Translations under genes and position numbers: made by a program
Notes under the pieces: model-generated
The model's input: only the letters and a program-made list of their open reading frames with translations
What the model was told of the DNA's origin: nothing
Databases searched by the model: none
Source: an uncultured virus (IMG/VR IMGVR_UViG_3300001682_000284)
Lineage: Duplodnaviria; Heunggongvirae; Uroviricota; Caudoviricetes
Length of the DNA: 64,000 nt
Virus record (IMG/VR): IMGVR_UViG_3300001682_000284
Reading direction: 5' to 3' (one strand)
Shown here: positions 56,992-64,000 of the stretch, one piece after another
Numbering within the stretch: position 1 is the first letter of the stretch
Layout of the letters: each line of letters opens with the position of its first letter

Positions 56992-59955
56992 GTGGAAGTT
57001 TCAAGGATAACAAGGTTAAGGAATAACGGACAAGATTACATTAGAGTCTTCGGTTACAATTAGAACGGAGAACCAATTAAGCAACTAAAGGATTTCAAAA
57101 ATTACATATTTATATAGAAAAAGTACCTAAAGGACATTAAGTACACCGTAAGGGTGTAGGATTAGCTATATAAATCATACGACCACAATATTACCTCAAA
57201 ATACCTTAAGAAGGTCATATTAACAGGGTCTAAGACCTTCATGGTTTCAAAGAAATTGCAGGATATAGCATATCAATCAGATATTACTCCTGAAACAAAA
57301 TATATGTTGGATAATAACTTGTAGTTTTCAAGAAAAAGACATATAGCATTCTTTGACATTGAAACTTTCTATGATATAGAAAATGACCCAGAAGGAAATA
57401 GCGTAGATAACGCAGATTCCCCAATCACATCAATATGTTTCTATTCTAACTTTTTAAGTAGATACTTTGTATTAGCGTGGCATCCTGATCAGGATACTGG
57501 TGACGATCCATTTATAATCAAAGAATTAGGAAAGGATAAAGACCTTTATCTGTGTAAGAATGAAGCAGTTGTATTGGATACATTTTGTTACCTTATTAAG
57601 GAATTAAATGTTGATATTATAACTGGTTGGTATTCTCACGGATATGACGTACCTTACATCATGAAGAGATTAGTTAAGTTATTTGGCACTGCCGACAAAC
57701 TTTCTCCCGTTGGAAATACTTGGTTAGGAAATAAGGGAGTATATGATGGTTACTTTAAGATAAAGATTAGAGGATTAGACAGTATTGACCTCATGTAGGT
57801 CGTTCAATCGCTTAATTACAATCTCCAAAATAATAAACTCGATACTGCTGCAGCATAGATCTTAGGTGGTAAATACAGAAAGTTGAAAACTTCCAGTTGG
57901 AGAGACTGGCAGGACAACTTTAATGGGTTTATCAAGTATGCTATCCGAGATGTCGAGATTTTGTATTTAATTGATAAAAAACTAAAGGTGTTTGAATATC
58001 TCATTCAGATGCAAATTCTTTCAGGTATTAATAGTTTAAATGATATTATGTCCGTAACTAGACTAATTGATGCTATGTTTATTAAGAAGTTTTGGAATAA
58101 ATTAGTGTTCCCAGACAACAAAGAGTCTAAGAGAGTTAGCTTTAAGGGTGGGTTAACAATAGATCCCACATCCCCTGGTGTTCATGAAGGTGTAGCGGTA
58201 TTGGACTATGCGTCTCTTTATCCTACCACGATTATGGCTTATAACATTAGTCCTTAGACATTTCTGTTTTCTAAGGAACAATTAGGGTAGGAACAATTCC
58301 AAAAGGAACTTCAATTCTTGAAGGATAATGATATATCCTTTGTAGATACTGGAGAAAGCTAGGAATTGTTTGGTGGAAGATACATATTCTTATCCCATAA
58401 GGAACACATTGGTTGTCTACCTTCATTATCGTATGAATTGTATACAATGAGAAAGCAATTCAAGAAGATAGCTAAAAACGGAGCTACAGCTGACGAGAGA
58501 TTGGTTGCGGATAAAAAGCAATACGCTATTAAGATCATATTAAACTCTATCTATGGAGCTATGGGATTCCCATTCTTTAGATTGTTCGTTCCAGAATGCG
58601 CAGATGCTGTAACATTCTTTGGGAGAAAGGCACTTAGATTTGCAATGGACAAGATGAGTCCTTGCGGATTAGTATTATATGGAGATACGGATTCGGTTAC
58701 ATAGGATTCAATGATTAGATATAGAATAAGAGATAATATGATAAAAAGTTGCGAGATAAAGGGTTTGTTTGATATGATGGCAAAAGATGTGTTTATTACT
58801 AAAGATAATAGATATATAGGTAGTTTACCAGATATTGAATTATAGTATTATGATGAAAAAACTGGATAGGTTAGATGGGGCTAGGTTGATTTTATTTAGA
58901 AACATTTTGTAGATAAACCTACATTTTAGATAAGTTTTGAGAATGGCAGTTTTGTGGCGGTTACTGAAGATCATTCTTTGGTTGTTAAAAGAAATGAAAA
59001 TGTTGTTTAGACTAAGGTTTATTAGTTGCAATAGAATGATCAATTTTATACTTTAAATGGATGGACTAAAATGAATAAAATAACCCCCCAAGAACGATAT
59101 GCTAGGTGGGTTTATGATATCCAAATGAAGGATAACCCTCATACATTTTTTGCTAATGGGGTGTTAGTCCATAACAGCGTATTCATTAAGTTGAAAGTGG
59201 ACGAGAACACCCTCAAGGAACAGTTGGAATAGTTCAATAAGGAAGTATTACCAGACCAGTTGATTAAGAGATTTAATCCTTGCATTGATCTAAAGTATCT
59301 TCAATATGAATTGGAGCATGAAAAGAACCTTTCATATTTATACTTGGGAGATAGAAAGAAACGGTATTATTCAATTCAACAAGACGGAAGCAAGTATATT
59401 CATGGGTTAAACATCATAAAGAAAGACACTCCCGCATATATAAAACAATTACTTGACCAACTTTGTGAACGAGCGGTAACAGGCAAGTTTTCGGTCAGCG
59501 ATTTGGAATAGGTTTACAATAAAATTAAGACAGCGGAGTTGGACGAAATAGCCGTTCACAAATCCATAACAAAGAGATTTGAAAAGTACAACAAAACTAT
59601 TCCACAGCATGTATCGGGAGCATTATTTGCTAATGAGCATTTGGGTGTGAAGATTAAGCATAGCGATGTCGTTTACTTGTTCTACATTAATAGCTTTTGC
59701 GAACCAGAAATTAAACCTGGTGATCGTAAGAATGTGGTATGCCTAAGAAAGGAAGATTTCCCATTAATAGCTACTACTGATAAATTTTAGATAGATTATA
59801 ATGAGTTGATGGAGAAACAATTTATTCAACCATTAAGAGAATTTAATAAGATACCTCAAGTACAGAAGGCAATAGATGATTGGGGTAAGTTATTTAATGA
59901 CAATTACAGAATGAACAATAAAGGTTAGTTTGTATTTAAAAAGAGAAAGTTCTAA
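56992..59955 (+). CDS. polB: Family B DNA polymerase with a mini-intein
   Basis: FDIET, GWYSHGYDVPY, DYASLYPT, NISP*T, KIILNSIYG, YGDTD, KKRY. Confidence 0.95.
58693..59175 (+). mobile_element. Mini-intein at the PolB YGDTD|S site (161 aa)
   Basis: YGDTD|SVT*DSMI...VTEDHSL...VYDIQM...FFANGVLVHN|SVF. Confidence 0.9.
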
Positions 59956-60142
59956 ATTAGGAGAATACACGCTTGAAACTAGAAAAACATTAGGAAAAAT
60001 AGCTTTCACTATGCTTTAGAATGGTGTAGGATTTGCAGTATAAACAGTCTAGAGAAGGTCTAAATTAGCAATAGAAAAAGGATTTACAACATTACAGTCA
60101 GAGAAAGAGAGATTTATTAATTAAAATGGACAAGGAATAGGA

Positions 60143-61729
60143 ATGAACGAGTGGAGTAAGTATTTCCCCAAGAAATACAAACCTAGATAGTTGCAGATAT
60201 AGGCTATATAGTTTGTAAGGGATACATTTTTTGTCAAGAATAAGAAGTTTGCTATATTGTAGTCTCCCGTAGGTTCGGGGAAATCCTTTATAGCATCAAC
60301 TATAGCTAACTATGTAAACTCATTATATGAGTTCAATAGGAGCTATATATTAACAACCCAGATAATTCTACAAAATCAATACAAGAAAGAGTTCGAATAG
60401 TTCGCCAATGTTAGCTCAAAGGCAAACTATTATTGTAGTATGTTCAAAGATTCAACATGTGGAGACATGAAATGGCTCCATTAGTATGGTGGAGTACCCA
60501 CATGTAAGAATTGCGTCTTCGAACGAGAAAAACAGAATTTCCTCAACAATAAGGTGTCCATAACCAATACCGCATTCTTTATGACTAATCTTCAATACAA
60601 TGAAGACCTAATAAAGGACAGGGAATTTTTAGCTATTGATGAAGCCCACAATTTAGAATAGTAGATTATCAAGTATAAATCTATATAGATAGATTGTGCA
60701 ACTTTAGTTAAAGAATATGCGTTTAATGAATCTTATTGGGTTAAGGAAAGAGAAGATGTATTTAAGTGGTTAATATAGACATTATATTACTGGCTGCAAG
60801 AGAAAGCTACAACTTTGAAGTCTTTCATAGAGAACAATAATAAGGGGTTAAATCTCTCCCGTTCCAAGGTGATTGATGTTAGTAAGAAGTATGATTTCCT
60901 AGATAAACTTTTATGTCAATTAGATAGATCTATAGACGTATTTGATCCTAACAGATGGGTAGTTTAGAATGATACTGAAAATAAAGTTATAAAGATCACT
61001 CCTTTATTTGCTTATGATTTCGCTCAGAGCATGGTATTCAAAAAGGCAAATAAAGTGTTGTTAATGAGTGGTACCATATTGAATAAATTTGATTATTGCA
61101 AGAACTTAGGGATTCCAATCGACGATTGTTAGTTCCTGAGTTTGGATAGCCCATTTCCCGTTGAAAATAGAAGAATATTCCTGTTGGATTCGGGATCTAT
61201 GTCTAAAAAGAATATATAGAAAACTATGCCTAATCTAATTAGGGACATCAAGAAGATTTTAGAATTACACAAACATTAGAAGGGCATAATACACGTGTCT
61301 TCACATCATATCGCCAATTTAATATTTGATGCTTTACAAAACTCTCGATTAGCCATATCCAGTGAGTTTAATAATAGAGACGAAATGTTGTAGTATCATT
61401 CAGATAACGATAATAGCGTATTAATTTCTCCATCGATGATGGAAGGGGTTGATCTAAAATAGGACTTAAGTAGATTCCAAATTATAGCTAAGGTTCCATT
61501 CCCCAATCTAGGAAACAAGTATATCTCGACTAAGAAGGATTTGGTAAATCATTGGTATTAGTATCAAACGGCTAAGGCGATAGTGCAAGCATATGGTAGG
61601 AGCATAAGATCCTAGTAGGACTACGCAGTAACATATATTTTGGATAGCGATTTTGGTTGGTATTATAAGCAAAACAAATAGTTGTTCCCTAAATATTTTA
61701 AACAAGCAATTTCATACGGCAAGTTATAA
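60143..61729 (+). CDS. DinG/XPD-like SF2 helicase with Fe-S cysteines
   Basis: IL*SPVGSGKS, LQNQY, NYYC...C...C, IDEAHN, MSGT, SPF, EGVD, KVPFP, QAYGRSIRS. Confidence 0.9.
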
Positions 61730-61755
61730 TAAAAGAAATCGACAAGGAGTATATT

Positions 61756-62220
61756 ATGCCAAGAGGAAGACCAAAAAAATAGGTGCAGTAGGTTGTATTC
61801 GAAATGAAACAATCTCAAGAAATTTAGAATTTAATCAAAGAAATGATTGAAGAAAACAATATTGATACGGGAACAGCAAAACTTTGCGGATTAATGGTAA
61901 CTCCATGCATTAACAAGACTACTGCTGGAAGATGTATTAAAGCGGGAAAGGAATTGAAGTTCTTTTCTGATTACGACTATATTATCTAGATATCACAAGA
62001 ATATTGGGATAATTTAACAGACTAGGCTAGAAAGATCTTAGTTTTACACGAAGTAATGCATATCGATATCCGCTATACTAAATAGGGTAAAGAGGTATTT
62101 GGAATGAGGCAACATGATGTGGAAGATTTTGCAGTGTTGCTTGAAAAGTATGGATTGCACTGGTTAAGAGAAGTTAAACTAGTTTAGGAGCATTTGAAGG
62201 ACAAAGCATAGGACGAATAA
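61756..62220 (+). CDS. Putative phage metallopeptidase
   Basis: HEVMH, RQHDVEDF...KYG. Confidence 0.8.
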
Positions 62221-62222
62221 TT

Positions 62223-62408
62223 ATGGAGCAGATGACGTATTATTGGGTTTGCCCAAGATGTAAGAAACAATATGAAACACCGCAGCCAATACCAATAATT
62301 AGCAATCATTACATTTGTCCAGAATGTTATTATAAGTATGGCAATTCTTAGGTGAATTAGTGTGCTCCCGTTATAACTAATGAAAGGAAGGAAAGATTAT
62401 GGGATTGA
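62223..62408 (+). CDS. Small Zn-ribbon protein
   Basis: CPRC...CPEC. Confidence 0.55.
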
Positions 62409-62890
62409 AAGGTTTAGTTGACAAGGAAACAATAATAGAACGCAGTAATAGTTATGGAAATAACTTTCCATATCTTGTTGAGATTTGGAAAAACTTTTTG
62501 AAGCAGAGATATGATATGGATGTTCCTTTAACGCCAGGCGATGTGGCATTTATGTTTGCATTGCATAAGATTAGTAGATTAGCTAATAATCCTGGCGATG
62601 AAGATACATTAAGAGACATGATCAATTATGCTTGGTTGGGAATAGATTATGATGATTATGTTGAATAGCTTAAATCTGCCAGCAATAACAATGATATTGT
62701 TGATAATTTAATAGCTGAAATTAAGGAATTATAGTCTCCAAAAGAATAGGATTAGCAACTTTATTGTTTCTGGTATAAGAGAGATTGTATTTATGACGAG
62801 AATGCCGATTGGGGATCAGTAACAAAATGCCCAATGGGGTATTAGACATGGAACGATTGCGATTTTAATTCTCCTATTGAAATAAATTGA
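62399..62890 (+). CDS. DUF6378-like protein (extended through TAG)
   Basis: ER..SYG..F...W......DVA.M..L.KISR.....D...D.INYA. Confidence 0.7.
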
Positions 62891-62891
62891 T

Positions 62892-63770
62892 ATGTTGTCT
62901 GATTACATAGAAAAGGTTAGTTATTCTAATATTAGCACTTTTTTGCAATGTCAAAGAAAGTGGAAGTTAACTTATATTGATAAATTAGATAAGAAATAGG
63001 ATTCTGCAGATACCATTTATGGCACTGTAATCCATGAAGCTATTCAGAAGTTTTTGCACTATTACTATTCAAACACTTTAACGACTTTACAAGCCAATAA
63101 ATAGAAGTTATTAGAGTAGTATTCGATCTTTATAATGAAGGGTTTAGAATAGGGATTTATCAAGAAGTTGAATTTATCATATTAGATTACTGAACAGTAT
63201 TTGGGTTATGGAATGGAACTTATTAAATAGTTTATACCGAATGTTAATAAATGGTTTCCAAAATCAGGAATGGAACTGTAGGGGACAGAAATTTAGTTGA
63301 ATGTCAATGAGCCTAATTGGAAAGTTAGATTTAACGGCTATATTGACATATTATTGCATGACAAGAAGAATGATAGATATAAGATTATAGATTTGAAAAC
63401 TTCTAGAACCAGTTGGAACGACAACCAAAAAAATGATTAGGTAAAAAGATTGCAATTGTTGCTTTATAAGATCTTTTTATCGCAATTAAAATCTATCCCC
63501 CTTTAGAATATAGATATAGAGTTCTTGATTCTAAAGAAGATAGTATTTTAGGGTCAATACAAGGTTAGTAGAATTCAAAAATATTAGCCACCTCACGGTA
63601 AGGCGACAATAAACAAAGCTGTTAAGTTATTCAATGAAACTTTGAAAGAAATGGAAATTTTATGCGAAAGTAAATTGTAGGGAGAAATGAATCCCACTAA
63701 TTATTGCAATTGGTGTTCATTCTATAAGGAGAAACAGTTATGTAGTAGAAAAAGAACCATCAAAAAATAA
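62892..63770 (+). CDS. PD-(D/E)xK RecB/Cas4-like exonuclease
   Basis: SYS.I..F..C.RKW, GTVIHE, GYID, IIDLKTS, QLLLY, CNWCSF....C. Confidence 0.88.
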
Positions 63771-64000
63771 AGTATTTCAATATACTAATAACAGGCGATA
63801 ACAACTATAATAATTTATCTAAATTCAACATCCTAATGACATAGATTAGTCAAGAAATAGAACAAGTTAAGTGTATTGGAACTTTTGGTGGAAAGTATGG
63901 AGCTTAGGTTCTAGCACAATTATTTGCCTAGCAATAGGGCATCAAGTTTAAAGAGTTTAGTACGTCAATGTTTAAGAACGTAAAAAGACCCGAAGGTCAA
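63740..64000 (+). CDS. SLOG/YspA-like protein, partial
   Basis: ILITGD, GGKYGA*VLAQLFA*Q*GI; begins ATG TAG TAG. Confidence 0.55.

Noticed and set aside
62892..63770. Cas4 as part of a CRISPR-Cas system
   Set aside because: Stand-alone phage PD-(D/E)xK exonuclease; no cas1/cas2 or array in the window
20599..64000. Mass pseudogenisation or sequencing errors as the cause of fragmented ORFs
   Set aside because: Interruptions are exclusively TAG, frames are never shifted, and catalytic motifs and gene couplings are intact
511..64000. Genetic code 15 (TAG=Gln), or pyrrolysine
   Set aside because: TAG sits at invariant or catalytic Glu positions while conserved Gln uses CAA/CAG; the one Gln-like case (GroEL EGM*I) also occurs as EGMEI in some chaperonins; no pyl genes are present and the tRNA lacks tRNA-Pyl features

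Overview
A 64-kb piece of a large, AT-rich, T4-like myovirus genome. The left arm (1 to about 26,040, minus strand) carries a tRNA/tmRNA/ncRNA cluster, accessory genes, a restriction-modification-like helicase-methyltransferase, a TROVE/DUF2828-like gene, a glutamyl-tRNA synthetase and a thymine-hypermodification cluster. The right arm (about 26,200 to the end, plus strand) carries tail/baseplate, replication/recombination, GroEL and nucleotide-metabolism genes. The supplied standard-code ORF track is fragmented because most genes contain many in-frame TAG codons. Reading TAG as sense gives full-length genes that end only in TAA/TGA and restores ATGA couplings. The TAGs fall on conserved glutamate positions, including catalytic ones, while conserved glutamines use CAA/CAG. 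The phage therefore appears to use TAG=Glu rather than the TAG=Gln (code 15) known from Lak and crAss-like phages. It also encodes apparent machinery for this: an amber-suppressor tRNA (CUA) with a tRNA-Glu-type D-arm and, about 1 kb away, a TAG-free GluRS with a divergent anticodon-binding domain. Other highlights: fractured recA and nrdJ genes (split inteins flanking free-standing endonucleases, one with a 14-aa N-intein), two mini-inteins, and a repeated ACAGC stem RNA motif arrayed upstream of the TROVE-like gene. CDS coordinates below assume TAG read-through, and '*' in quoted peptides means TAG. All family assignments come from motif recognition by eye, with no database searches.
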